From Narcine bancroftii (lineage: Eukaryota): a stretch of 64,000 bases of DNA. Where the stretch lies: contig NC_091482.1 of NCBI RefSeq assembly GCF_036971445.1, forward strand, positions 1,922,001-1,986,000. Reading direction: 5' to 3'. Each line of letters opens with the position of its first letter. Positions within the stretch are counted from its first letter, which is position 1. Made by a program: the position numbers and the translations under genes. The notes under the pieces were generated by a model, which did not search any database, was not told where the DNA came from, and saw only the letters and a program-made list of their open reading frames with translations. Below are positions 51,158 through 63,720 of the stretch, piece by piece.

Positions 51158-51339
51158 ATACTGTATAATTATTTTGGATATGTCTGGCTTGTCACCAACT
51201 GATGCTGGCGCTGGGTTCAACCACTGGGATTAGGCTTTTATTTTGGATTGAGAGTGTGAATGTACGGAGAGCTTTATCCATCACTCACCCAATTAAAGTT
51301 TTCTCCTCGAGTCCCAGTACCAGGATGACGTTCAGACTG

Positions 51340-51730
51340 AGGGAGGGGATGCAGGCTGATCCTTGGACCAGGGGATCAGAGATGGGAAGATTCAAACAGA
51401 CCCTCTAATGGGGGAGAGGGGATGCAGGCCAACCCTCAGACCGTTGATTGGGGAGGATTCAAACGGACCCTTTAACCAAGGAAGGGGGGGGGGGGGTGGT
51501 TCAGATAGACCCTCTGACCGGGGTGGGGGAAATGCAGGCCAACTCTTGGACCGGGGAGGGGTAGATTTAGACAGACCCTCTGACTGGGGGAGGGGAGATG
51601 CAGGCTGACCCTTGGACCAGAGGATGGGGTGGGGGGTAGATTCAGACAGACCCTCTGACCAGGGGAGGGGAGATGCAGCCTGACTCTTGGACCGGGGGAG
51701 GGGTGGGGAGAGCCAGGATGCAGACTGACA
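51340..51730. repeat. Degenerate G-rich tandem repeat
   Basis: Alternating GGGGATGCAGGCTGACCCTTGGACC and GATTCAGACAGACCCTCTGACC subunits. Confidence 0.75.
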
Positions 51731-53356
51731 GCAAGGATGGTAATTTGAAGAAACAGTATCCTGAATGGTTTTCATCTTTTACTTAATGTTAATATCTGCT
51801 CATGTAAAAATATCTCTAAATCATCAAGCAAACATCACTGGAGGAAAACGTAAAAAGGCTATACCCGACTGTCACATACAGTGGGCGCTGGTAACTCCAG
51901 CTGTGAGTGGGATCACTCCAAGACTGGGATTATTCCAGGGCCATGCCAGATCGGGGATTAGCCCAGATGCATGGTCACTCCATGTTCTCAAAACATTGAC
52001 ATTGCTGGCATCAACCTTGCTGCTGGGAATACTGTAAAAACCCGGGGGGAGCCAGGATTATGCTGGAATCAGCCTAGCCTTGAGCTGTAATTGGAAATGG
52101 TGTTGAAAAGCACATTGAGCTTCTCTCTGCTGTCTCCCAAAGGATGATGGAACAGGTCAGAGAGGGACTGAATGGCCTGCTTTTGTCCCCACGAGAGGGC
52201 AAATTGAAGAATCTAGCTGGAACTGCTATTCCTCCACCACTGCACGTCCCACAGACACTGTGCCACTGTGGGAATGAGAGAGCAGAACTTGATTGATACT
52301 CTCAGGATTCGGGGAAACTCAGGATGAGCGAGCACTGCAGTGAGGAGGTAACGGTGCTGGAAGTCTGTCTGTCCAAGAGCTGACACTGCCATCCCTGGGT
52401 TTTATACAAATGCAAGCCGTCATCTCACATTGGGACAGGCAGCATTGGTGGAATTTTACTGGGAGAGGGGATCATAGAGTGATGTCAGCCAGACAGAACA
52501 GATAGATGGGGCGTCTCTCCCCTCACTCCACCTGGTCACCACTCTTACCAGAGGCCAACATCAGGGTATCCAGAGGGTCAGGGGTTGGAGCTACCTGGGC
52601 ACAGGGCACCTGGCTCAGGACACAATGGGGAGAGGGGGCAGTGCTTCCATTGGGGGTGGGAGTGAAAGGGAGGCGGGGGGAGCCCTGCAGTGGCAGACAG
52701 TGGGTGTGGAGGGTGAGTAAATGGATGGTTGTGTGCTGAAGGTGGGATGGTTGATGGGTATGAGGTGGGTAGGTGTGCAGGGTGGGGTGGTGGGGAGAGT
52801 TGGGCGGTGGGTGGCAGGTGGTATGGGAGGTTGTGGCTATGGCTGGGTGCATGAGGAGGTTGGGGTGATGGGTGCGGAGGTTGGGACAATAGGTGTGTGA
52901 GCAGGGTAGGGAGGTGTGGGTGAGTGAGGGGTAAGTGAGGAGGGTGGGTGAGGAAATGGGTTAGCAGATGGGGTGGTGGGTGGGATGGGCAATGGGTGTG
53001 CAGGTGGGGTGAGGAGGTAGGTGCAGTGGGTGAGGAAGGTTGGGCGATGGGTAGGGTGGGGTGATGAGTAGGAAGGTGGGGAGGGAGGTGTGGGGAACAC
53101 TACACTCCTGGGGCAGGATGGAGGAACATGCTAGATAATGATGCCATGTGTTCTCAGATGGTAGACAGCACCACTCCCCACATCTGGATTGACCGGCCTC
53201 AGGATGGGGCTTAATCCCTGGTCAATCCCAACCTGGCAGGGGATGGGGGTGTAATCCAAAGGGAAATGTTAGGTAGACCCTTGCTAAAGAGATCCCAGCA
53301 GAGTGGAGCCAGTATCAACGGTGGGTACGCGCAAATACTGAACACATTACCAGTGC

Positions 53357-53449
53357 TCAGCACGTGTCTGAATCCCCACAAGCTGGTGCACAACGCATCT
53401 CGGTCCTCGTGTCCATCTCCAAGGGGTTTTCGGCACATTCCGGCACGAT
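53357..53449 (-). CDS. INPP5K: INPP5K putative terminal coding exon
   Basis: Strong acceptor CCTTCTATTGCATTTTTCAG|, then phase-0 IVPECAENPLEMDTRTEMRCAPACGDSDTC* (cf. human IPPGSLREDPL...). Confidence 0.6.
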   Translation of the reverse strand: MVPECAENPLEMDTRTEMRCAPACGDSDTC

Positions 53450-53749
53450 CTGAAAAATGCAATAGAAGGGTCCGTGAGCTCAGGAGGAAGGTCTGCATCT
53501 CCATGTACTGGGCGGGTTGTGGAAGAATGCAAACTACGCACAGCACAATCCCACAGAGGCACCTGATCACAACTAGATGTGTTTGCAGCGGTTGGCTGGG
53601 GGGCAAAGTGGGCAACCCCCCACCCTCCACCTTCTCACCCCTTCCTCGACCCAGATTTGGGATCTTCCCATTCCACCATGAGCAGATGCAGCCCAAGTTA
53701 CAGTCTCAACAATAGAACCACTGGTCCTCCCACGGCTGGGTCTCCCTCA

Positions 53750-53942
53750 CCAGCCCCCCACGGTGCCGACCCCCCTCACTGCCCCTCCCACGGAGCCGAG
53801 CTCACTCACTGCCCCGCCCACAGAGCCGAGCTCACTCACTGCCCCGCCCACAGAGCCGAGCTCGCTCACCGCCCCTCCCACAGAGCCGAGCTCCCTCACC
53901 ACCCCTCCCACGGATCCAAGCTCCCTCACCACCTCTCCCACA
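53750..53942. repeat. 30-bp minisatellite (CCCTCACTGCCCCTCCCACAGAGCCGAGCT) x6
   Basis: Clear tandem copies directly after the INPP5K donor at 53975. Confidence 0.92.
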
Positions 53943-53975
53943 CACAGTAGGACAAAGTGGGGGGGGTTTGTGTAC

Positions 53976-54080
53976 CTGGAATAGACTGCTCACTCCAACG
54001 ATAGAGTCAATGTTGCTGCTATAGTAACAGAGAACAAACTCGCCTCCAGCCTGTGGGATATCCTCGCCGCTCAGGTAGAC
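53976..54080 (-). CDS. INPP5K: INPP5K exon (SKICH domain)
   Basis: VYLSGEDIPQAGGEFVLCYYSSNIDSIVGVSSLFQ. CACCAG| ... CAG|GTACAC; 105 nt. Confidence 0.93.
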
Positions 54081-54642
54081 CTGGTGACCAGAGGCAGGGT
54101 GACAGCAAGTGGGAATGTGAGTGGTCCCAGCAATATGCAAAAATGTGTTTCAGAAGGAGCATGGAATAATGCCTACACAAACGCCCAACACCTTGTTCAT
54201 CAGACCCGTCTCTCTGGCTTAAGCCACACTCACCATCTATCTTTCCAAGCCTGAGCCTTGAAGGGTTTCCCCTAGGGTGGGGGTGATTGGGATCTAAAAC
54301 ACAGTGCCTGAGGAGATGCTGGGGGTCTGACCAGGAAGAGGTTGAGCAGGCTGGGGCTTTATTCCTTGGAGCGCAGGAGGATGAGGGGACATTGGCAAGG
54401 TGAGGGGGAGCTATATTGGGAGGAGGGTGGTGGGTGAAAGGAACAGGCTGCTCGTGGAGTGGTTGGGGCAGGGGGCAGTCCAGGTGGGGAGTTGGGACTG
54501 AAGTAGAGGGTCGGTCAGCTGGGCGAACGGAGCCGATAAGGAGGAACCGGGCATTGTGGAACTCTCTGGAACAGTGGAGCGTGGGGCCTCCTGGGGTCTG
54601 GAGATGGAGGAGAGGGGAGCTGAGTGAGGGCAGGGCACTCAC

Positions 54643-54726
54643 CTCATATACATCCTCGTGGACTGCCAGCTGATCGTCCTTCACCCACAGATACGTCACA
54701 TAGTCCTGGGGGGTCCGAAACCCGAA
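54643..54726 (-). CDS. INPP5K: INPP5K exon (SKICH domain)
   Basis: FGFRTPQDYVTYLWVKDDQLAVHEDVYE. TCCCAG| ... GAG|GTGAGT; 84 nt. Confidence 0.93.
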
Positions 54727-55795
54727 CTGGGACAGGAAATGTGGTCAGTGAGCTCCATATGACCAAGACACCCTCACCCACTCTGACCCAGACCCCTCCA
54801 CCCTGACCAAGACACCCCCACTTCTGACCCAGTTTTCCATCCCCCCTCTGACCCAGAACCTCCAATTGTACCTAAATATCACCCAGAGCACCCCCCCCCA
54901 GCTCTGACCAAGAACCACCTTCCTGGCTCATCTCCAACCCAGAAATCCCTGCTCTGACCCAGTTCCCTCACCCCCCACCTTTGTCCCAGACACTCCCCAA
55001 CCTGGACTTGACACACAAGCCCAGCTCTGACCTAGACCCCCAACCCTGACCCCCATCCCCTAACCCAGAAACTTCTCCCCTGGCTTCAACTAAGACTTCC
55101 ACACCCCAGCTCTGACCCAGATCTCTGCTATGACCCAGTCCACACCCTTTTTCGACCAGGACCACCCTTGCTCCAACTTAGACGCCCCCCCCCCCCCACC
55201 CGGACCTAGACACACATCCCACTCCGACCCAGGCCACACCCCCCCAGCCGAGCTCCAACCCAAAAACCCCCGCTCCCACCTAGCCAACATCCCCTCCCCC
55301 TCTGCTCTGACCCAGACGCCCCCCCATCTCCAACCCAGATGCCATCCCACACTCTGACCCAGAAACCCTTTCATTCCAAAACAGACAGTGTGGTGTAGGG
55401 AGCATAGGGAAGTTATGGTGGGGAGAGGGGGGTGGTGGCAGAATGGAGAGAGGTGGAGGGGCGAGTGGGGCAGCAGAGGGGGGGGGGAGTAGCTGATAGT
55501 TCTCAAAGGGGTTAGGGCTCTTATGTTGAATATTTATTGGTTTTGGAAGGGGGTGGGAAGGGGGGGAGGGAGGGTAGGGGGAGAAAAAAAAGTGAGAAAA
55601 TGCCACTGTGTATATTTAATGAGAAATATTTGTATATATTTTAGTTGATATGGTTCACAGTGTGAAAAAACAAAAATTTTTTAAAAAGGATAGGGCTCCA
55701 GTTGAGGAACTGCGATGGAGGATGGGGTGTTGTATGTACCCAGAGAGGGATGGTAGAGGCAGGAGCCCACCCCACCTCAGCATCCCCAGGGTTAC

Positions 55796-55933
55796 CTTGT
55801 AGAGCCCAATCCAGTCCCATAAGCTGCTGGGGTAGTCGTCTGCTACGCAGTAGGAGATGACTCCATCAAGCCCCGGCACCCACTTTCCCTGGGGCTGCAG
55901 CTCCACCAGAGGCTGAATGACCCTCTTCTCCAG
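55796..55933 (-). CDS. INPP5K: INPP5K exon (SKICH domain start)
   Basis: LEKRVIQPLVELQPQGKWVPGLDGVISYCVADDYPSSLWDWIGLYK; 138 nt, phase 0-0. Confidence 0.94.
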
Positions 55934-57222
55934 CTGGGGACAGACAAAGGGTCAAGGGCAGGACAGTACTTCCCAGAGCTTTCCCATCGTCCACCTGTCA
56001 ACCCCTCCCCTCCTGCCCTGTGATTGGATGGGTAGATCCTGGCTGGCCTGTGTCACAGTCACACAGGCCCTTTGGCCCACGTGTATAGGCTGACCATTGT
56101 ATCTAAGCTCAGCCCACAGAGCCTGCCATACCTTGCCCAGAGCTGGCCAGGAGACCATGGCAACATGTCTACAGACCCCCTCTTCTCCTCTCCCTTCTGA
56201 CCTTCACCCTCTGCTTCTGGACATCTATTGCACGGAAAAAATTCTCACCACCTTCCCTTCCTGCAGCCCTTTAGATTTTTCTACCCCAATCATCCCTCTA
56301 GCCTCTCTTGTGAGTGCTCCTGCTGCAGACCAACCGATATCTCATCATAGTTGACCGTCACTCCCTTGCTCTTGTATTCTCAGCCCCATGAGCTTCCTTC
56401 ACCAATTTATCGACCTGAGCCCCATCCAGGGGACTTCACACCAATGTTATTTTTTGATTTTAAAATAAATGTTACCTTTCACAATGCCAAAGCTCTCAGT
56501 TCCTCAATATCCACCATCATCATTCCAACTCTGGATCCCGAGGACTCTAAACTTTTGGACCAGAATCCTGGATGGGACCTTGTCAGAGTCCATTGACCAT
56601 TGAACTGTGCAGCATGAGAACAGATCCTTCGGCCTAACTGTGTATGCTAGACAGGAGCCCTTATTGAAGTCCACACAGACCACTTCCATCTCAGTATACC
56701 TTGTTACTTGTTCAAAACTGTGGGCAGTTTGCACTGTGCTGTTACGAGTCAGCAATCAGGTACAGGGTTCGAATCAGTGCTGTAAGGGTATCCGGAGGGT
56801 CAGGGGTGAGTGTAAGGATGTACGTTTGTATGTTCTCCCAATGTCTGCATGGGTGTTCTCCAGGGGCTCCAGTTTCCTCCCGCTATTCAAAACGTACCAG
56901 GGGTGGCATGGGCTCGTGGGCCAAAATTTCCTGTATTTAGACATTTAATCTAAATACATTTAAATTAAAAAGCTTAAGCAAATTTATCTGAGAGTATCTC
57001 CCACGAACAGATCTGTGTTGACTCTCCCATTTTTCTAAGTGCAGATCAATCCTCTTCCATGGCATTTTCCCCTTGAACCTCCCTGCCATTCACACGGGAG
57101 TCACTGGCCTATGGACGGGATGGTCATGTGATTAGATGGGATGGGCAGTCATGTGACCCTACCCACCACCAGCATCAGGATTGCTCGTTTCCATCAAGGA
57201 ATCTGCTCCCCCGTTTCCTTAC

Positions 57223-57415
57223 CTCCAGGCAAAAGGTTCCCACCACGGGCTTATGGTCACTGACTCCGTACTCCATTTGGCTGTCGTAGATATTTAAAGT
57301 GACTGTGATGGGCTTCTTGGCATCGGACCCCTGGCTCTCACTCTCACCATCTTGGCAACGCTCCTTCATTCTCCAGAGGATGCGGTCGGTCCAGGCTGGC
57401 TTCCGTCTCTTCTCA
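57223..57415 (-). CDS. INPP5K: INPP5K exon (5-phosphatase catalytic motifs)
   Basis: EKRRKPAWTDRILWRMKER...YDSQMEYGVSDHKPVVGTFCLE. CCACAG| ... GAG|GTAAGG. Confidence 0.96.
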
Positions 57416-58411
57416 CTGTGGGGAGGAAGCGAGAGGCTGGCACTGGGTTGAGAGAGGGGAAGGTAGGGAGAAGTGGAACTGGGCTAACAGAAGGGCCGAG
57501 GGACAGTGAAGAGAGACTGGCACTGGGCTGACAGAGGGGAGGGTAATACATCCTCCAAAGGGCAATAACACTCCTACTCCCCAGCAGGACAGGAGACCCT
57601 TTAATCTGGGCCTGAGCCCCCAACATTTGCAGGGAAGATCCAAGGACACCACAGCAGGAGGATGAAACCCCTCTCACCTGTCAACAGGATGTTGAGGGTG
57701 AACAGGTGGGGCAATCCAACTGGGGACCTCAGGTCTGCAGCCATGCTCTGGGTAACTGAAGTGCCAGTTGATGAAGTAGACAAAGATGATGTAGTCAAAC
57801 AATAACCATGGCTTTTATTAGGAGAAATTCATAGAACAATAATGAAAGACAATAGATGCATATACAGTTATATCCAAGGGGAGTGTCCTTAACAGTAGAG
57901 ATAATGCACAGCCAATGTTAGTACAGCAAGGCTCGCCAGAGGGGAGACAGGCAGCTTGGCAGACATTCACCACAGTAACCTCAGGAAGGGGTCTGAAACC
58001 CCCACAGCTCAGAGGCCAAGCAGCAGGATGCGGCCACGTGGCCCCTCGGTGACCTATTCTGCAATGATGTGGCCTCTTTGACCGGAGGGTGTGGGCAGAG
58101 AATTCCAGAGATTCACCGAGGGGTGGGGCACTGGAACCTACCATCCCCCCCCATTCCCCAACACCCCAGAGCTCAGAAAGGGCAAGTGGAACTTTCAACA
58201 TTCCCAATGGAATTGTTCTGGGTGAAATTCTCAGTGGGGCACAGATTCACCATTGTTAGTATGGTTGCAGGATGGTCTCAAGGGCTGTGTGTCTGTCCCG
58301 ATGTTACTCATGAGTTGGGACAGACTCGCTCTGACCCCATGCGATGACCTCGAGGAGGTACATATTCTTCTTATATTCTCTGCTAAGAGAGTGCAGAGAG
58401 TTAGGGTTCAC

Positions 58412-58521
58412 CTGGTGTCGTAGTCTGTGGAGTCCAGGTTGAACTTGTAGGTGGGTTTGAAGAGCAGTGGTCCCTCGAGGAACCCCCTCAGCACTGGTTC
58501 CACCGTTCTAGCCTTATTCAG
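58412..58521 (-). CDS. INPP5K: INPP5K exon
   Basis: LNKARTVEPVLRGFLEGPLLFKPTYKFNLDSTDYDT(S); 110 nt. Confidence 0.96.
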
Positions 58522-59127
58522 CTGTGGGGAGAGGGAGAGCAGGAGTGAGGGGGACTTGGTGACACGTTTCACAACCTCTGATCCTTTTCTCTCCCCTGAC
58601 CTCGCCCATTCCTATTGCCCCTGAACAGTACCATCTCAGGCTGATGCAGAGAGGCGAGGCAGGTGAACTGGGAGAGGCACCAGGATCTGTGTTTCCACAG
58701 CACTGATCATGGAAAATTAGCGGAGAGAGGCGGAAAGATTTGGAGAGAGAATTTCAGAGGATGGGATTTCATCCCTGGAATTCACAGCAGGGAGCAATGG
58801 AGTGGTTCCAAGGAGTAGGAAACAAGGAATGCGAAAATACTGGAGCAATGACGGAACTGGAGGGGGTGACGGAGATTGGGAGGTGTGCAAGGACCGGGGA
58901 GGGGGGTCATGGAGACAGGGAGGAATATAGGGGACTGCGGAGTCATGGAGACAGGAAGAAGTGTTGGGGACCAGAGGGGATCACGGAGACATGGATGAGT
59001 GTAAGGACTGGGTGGAGTTACAGAGACAGGGAAGGATGCAGGGGGTCAGAGGGGGTTGCAGAGATAGGACTGGAGGGGAGGGGGTTACAGAGACAGACAG
59101 GGAGGGTAGGGGATCAGAGGGGTTGAG

Positions 59128-59410
59128 AGAGGGCTTCACGGGACTGGAGGGGTTGCAGTGATGTACATCAGTAGTAAAAGGGTGGTGTTAGTGGGAACTA
59201 GTATCCTGGTCAGTGGGTTTGAACCCTGCCTCCCTGGAGGCTCTCCTGTCCATGGGAGCGGCAGATAAAAGAGGGCTTCATGGGACTGGAGGGGTTGCAG
59301 TGATGTCCATCAATAGTAAAAGGGTGAAAGTGATTATGGGAACTAGTATCCTGGTCAGTGGGTTTGAACCCTGCCTCCCTGGAGGCTCTCCTGTCCATGG
59401 GCGTGGCAGT
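59128..59410. repeat. ~140-bp tandem duplication in an INPP5K intron
   Basis: GGGCTTCA.GGGACTGGAGGGGTTGCAGTGATGT...GGAACTAGTATCCTGGTCAGTGGGTTTGAACCCTGCCTCCCTGGAGGCTCTCCTGTCCATGGG occurs twice. Confidence 0.9.
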
Positions 59411-59477
59411 AATGTCTGCTAGTGGTTAGGCCCTATGAGCTGCTAGCCCTGCTGCGAACCTGGAGGATTGGCCTGAC

Positions 59478-59589
59478 CTGGTCCTTGTCCCACAGAAGAT
59501 GGAAGCGGTTCTTGATGATCGACTCGCGGATGAAGTGTAGTCCGTGATCTGCGATGCGAAAGTTGAGATCTCCAAACCAGAAGAGCAGG
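59478..59589 (-). CDS. INPP5K: INPP5K exon (WFGDLNFR motif)
   Basis: LLFWFGDLNFRIADHGLHFIRESIIKNRFHLLWDKDQ; 112 nt. Confidence 0.97.
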
Positions 59590-59873
59590 CTGCGAGAGAC
59601 AAGAATCGTGGTGGAGGAGATCCTGGATCAGTGGGGTCTTGCGGCAGCGCGTGGTCAGGGCGCACAGCACACAGTTGGACAGGTGACACATAGAAGCATG
59701 TGTTCGTTCTGCGGCACACGGCCGCATGCGTCTGGACATGTGAAACATGCTGGTGCGCAGTTGAACATGCGGTACACGGAAGTGTGAATTTGGACACATT
59801 GCACACAGCGGCATGCATTTGGTTCACGGCACACGGCTGCGCGAGTTCCAACACACAGGAAGTGCAGACTCAC

Positions 59874-60049
59874 TCGTGGTCGAGCATGGATGTGGCGGTG
59901 TCACTGGAGAACTGCAGTGCATCTAGGATGCGCTGGAAGCTGCCAAGGCGCTGGCTGCTGTTGTGTAGGTGGGCAGGCAGGTGGCAGTTCAGGAAGCAGA
60001 GCAGGTGCCCGTAAACAGACAGGCGGGATGCCACACCACCCTTGTTACC
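59874..60049 (-). CDS. INPP5K: INPP5K exon
   Basis: GNKGGVASRLSVYGHLLCFLNCHLPAHLHNSSQRLGSFQRILDALQFSSDTATSMLDH; 176 nt. Confidence 0.96.
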
Positions 60050-61032
60050 CTGTCCGGGAGCAAGAGGGCAAAGGTTAAATGGTCCTCACCCACAGCTGAG
60101 CTCCAGCAACAGGGGAGGGGCGGATGGACGATGAGGCCAGGAGAAAGGGCAATCTGGGTGGGGGGGTGGAGGGAGTGATGGCTGTTGGTGGGGAGGGGGG
60201 GGAAGGAAGGGATCCATGGGTGAGGGGGGGGGAAGGGATCCGTGGGGGGGAGGGAAAGGGAGAGTGAGCTGTGAGGAAGGGTGGGATGGTGGGAGGGCAG
60301 TGAGGAAGGGTGGGTGGTGGGAGGTGCTGAGAGATTGTGCGGGGGTCAGTCACAGCACAGAAACAGGCCCTTCAGCCTAACAAGCCCATGCCGATCAAAA
60401 CATCCAACCTACACATCCCACCTCCCCACGCAGTCATAAGAAGAACGTGAAAACTCCATACAGACAGCAATGGAGTTAAGGATAAAGTCTCTCTCTGGAG
60501 TAGGACAAAGGCTGCTGGGTGTCGAGTTGCCCTCTGAGGGGTGAATAAAGAGAGTGGACTGCTTGAGTGAGGAGGGGTGACGGCTGTGCTCTGCAGAGAA
60601 ATGAGAGGCCACCTGTTTGAAACGGGAGGGGGGTGGATGGAGGAATGATGGTCTCCCATCAACTCCCAGTCCCACAGGCTCAGCATTCAGGAACAGGGCA
60701 AGAAATAGCTTCTTGGGTGGGGAGAGGGGTGGGAAATATTTAGAATTTTCTCCCCAAGTGTGTTGATATTGATATGTCCAGGAGTGGGGAACTGAAGGAA
60801 AATGTCCATTGAATAGCAGGGCCCCGGAGCTGGACAGGAGACTGGGGGTACGGGGAGGGGGACTAGAGGGAATGAATAGCCTCCTCCTGCCACAGTATTA
60901 CCCAGTGAGACCGATCCCAAACCCCAACACGGACACGTTCAGGGGAGACCTATGGGTTGAGACTGCTCTGTAAGGGGCCCTGGGACTGCAAGGATTACCG
61001 GGCAAGTGGAGGGAGCCTGGGGAAGGCCGTAC

Positions 61033-61149
61033 CCAGTATCCGAAGAGGCCAGTGCGGGTGTAGCTGCTCCGCAGGTCCCGGATGAATGGCAGGTGCATGA
61101 ATTTGATGTAGACGAGCAGCAAGAGCCCCTGCAAACGGATGGAGGATAT
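61033..61149 (-). CDS. INPP5K: INPP5K exon
   Basis: ISSIRLQGLLLLVYIKFMHLPFIRDLRSSYTRTGLFGYW; 117 nt. Confidence 0.96.
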
Positions 61150-62589
61150 CTGTGCGGCAAGAGAGGTCAGAGGTAAGAGAGCATCCCCTCCCTAGCTCAA
61201 TACACCACCTCCATGGCCTCAGTCTGCCCCTCCCAGGGGTTTGTCTGCACCCCACTCTCTCCTCCCACCCTACCCTAGCTCAGTGTTCCAGAGAGGGCAA
61301 GTTTGCTGATGGGACAATGAATCATCTCTGGTCGATGAACAGTTATTCCTGCCCTAAGCCCATGGTGATGAGGGGGGAGCAGGGTCAGAGTGGTGAGGAG
61401 GAAAGATGAGGGCTGAAAGGCCTATTTCAGGGCTGTACCACTGGACAGAGCAGCTCCCAGCACCCACCAGCTGGATCCCACTACTCTGCAGACCATTCGT
61501 CTCACTCTGCCCTGTGCCCAAGCTATCCGAGTGCTCCCTGCATCTCTACAGTTCAGGGTTCATTGGAGGTGACAAGTACTATGGAAATGCAAGTCTCTCC
61601 TGCTCTTTGGAGGGCTTAACAATATGGGTCCATTTTTCCCAGGCAAAAAATACTGAGCAGGTATCCATGCCGAGAGCACATGACTCCCTGCAGGATAGGC
61701 CACTCAGCCCATTGAATCTACTGCCAGCTCTTCAGCCCCATTTTAAGATTCAATTTATTGTCATGTAATAAAAAGTGTCATATTACACAAATTTGCTTTT
61801 GCCCGCTGTAAGGCGGACAGATTCGCTATCGGCAGATATTGCCTGAAGTGCCTCTTACAGTCAGAAAAAGAGAATCAAAAGAGAGCACCCCCCCCCTCCC
61901 CCAGAGTTACCGAGTGTCTGTGGATTTGCCTCCAGTGCTTCCATAGCCACACAGAGACCAGTCCAAACCATCAGCAACCCAAGCTCCAGATTTGAACCAC
62001 TGATGTGATTAGGAACCCTTCAGCAGCCTCTCACATCCTGGTTCTGATACCTGGTACCCCTTCAGCCAATCTTGAGCCAGTGTTCAGCAGTCCACAGCCC
62101 CTTGACTGCCTGCGTGGGTTCCTCGCTGCAAGTCACCAAACAGCCCACTGCCTGTGTGGGTCCTTTAGCTGGAGAATCTCTCACTGGTCTGCCATACATG
62201 AGGGTACAGGATGTGTGGGAGAATAAGGGGCAGTGATTACATCCCTTTCAACCTCCCTGTTCATTTCAGGCCAATCCTGGCAGGGATGCAGGAGTCCACT
62301 GTGTGACCAGCACAGCACCCTCTGGCTTGAGGGTTAGGACAGCCCAGTCCAGCCAATACAGAGAAGGGGCAGCCCAATCCCCCCAACACAACACCCATTG
62401 TAGAGAAGGGGCAAGCATTACAGTGGGGGTTCTGTAAGAGTGCTCAACTCATCTCCAAGAGTGTACAGAGAACTCCAGAGATTGGATCATCTTGAACCTG
62501 AACTCTACCAGATTCTCCTCCCTTGTACTGCCTAATACTGACCCCACTCACTGCTCTTACACTGGCATGGAGGTTGGGCTGGGACTCAC

Positions 62590-62698
62590 CTTGACGTAGC
62601 CAAGGGGGGCTAGGATTTTGGTGAAGCAGAGGGTCCAGGGATCATCGAACACCATGTCAACCAGGAACGAGGACACCTTGGAGTTTAGCTCCTGCAAA
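62590..62698 (-). CDS. INPP5K: INPP5K exon (most 5' exon visible; earlier exons lie beyond the window)
   Basis: LQELNSKVSSFLVDMVFDDPWTLCFTKILAPLGYVK. TTATCAG| ... AAG|GTGAGT; 109 nt, starts in phase 2. Confidence 0.94.
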
Positions 62699-62924
62699 CT
62701 GATAACATCCAGTATGAGTGAGGTGGGTTGGTGCAGACTGGATTGGGGCGGGGTGGGAGAGGCAGTGCACTGCTAGACTGGGGTGGAGGAGTAGGGCACT
62801 GGGGGACTGGGGTCAGGGGTGGGAGTGGGGAGCTGCTGTGGGGAGAGATGCAATGGATGGTGATTGGCTAAAGTGGGGGGTGGGGAGATGAGAGAAATGA
62901 AGATGGGTGAGAGGTAGCTGTTAT

Positions 62925-63720
62925 TAATTAAAGCCAGGTACAGGTTGGTGCAATACAATTCCTGCATCAACTGTACCTCACCCCACAAAAACTACATAAA
63001 TCTAAACCAGAAATTTCAGAAATGTGCTTTAGGTTTGGTGTGGAGATTGGAACCTTTATCCATTCAGTCTGGCTGTATACAAAGGTGAGAACCTGGGGGA
63101 CATGTTGAAAAAAATTACAAAGGCGGATTTTCCACAGAATCCAGAATTGTACCTTCTGGGAGACATTATGGACTGTTTTAGGCTGTCCAGATACCAAGTT
63201 TGGTTTGTGAAGGTCACCTTGTCGGTTGCCAGGAAATGTACAGCGGTCACATAGAAGTCCAGCTCCCACCTAAATATTACACGGTGGAATATGGAAATGC
63301 AGAGTTTTATCCCCTGGAGAAAACCACATCCGATTTAAAGAGGAAACATGACACATTCGTTAGAATGCGGCAGCCCTACCTGTAACATATTGGTACGCAG
63401 ATATGACTGACCCCCTTCAGAACAAGGGCACTGAAACAATCTGTCCCAGCAGGGAAACAATCAGGATCAAAGAAGTGGGACGTAGCGCAGACGACGGGCT
63501 CTTGGGATTTTGTCCTTGACCCCTTTTTATTTAAGTACCGGGGGTTGATCAGTTTTTCGCAAGGGTCGTTGACTCAATGGATTTGTGTTTTGTGTATTTG
63601 TAGAATTTCTATAACTTTATTCTCAGTTGTATTGGGGCATGGGGGAGGGGAGGGGAAAACGGACTCTGTATGTTATACATAAGTATTGTAGGAAAGTGTA
63701 TTGTTGCCTGAATCTATACG
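62925..63720 (+). mobile_element. L1 ORF2 C-terminus and 3' UTR, decayed
   Basis: RYRLVQYNFLHQLYLTPQKLHKSKPEISEMCFR...GTFIHSVW...PELYLLG...ARKC...WNMEMQSFIPLEK...RQPYL. Confidence 0.85.

Noticed and set aside
59426-59873. Cys/His-rich ORFs in an INPP5K intron
   Set aside because: They come from a degenerate CATG/CACA-rich repeat between two bona fide exons, with no motif or phase-compatible splice sites.
53357-62698. Assignment of the phosphatase as INPP5J (PIPP)
   Set aside because: GLFGYW, LHFIRESI, PTYKF, SEKRRKPAW, the short post-SKICH tail and the SMTNL2/TEKT1 neighbourhood fit INPP5K better.
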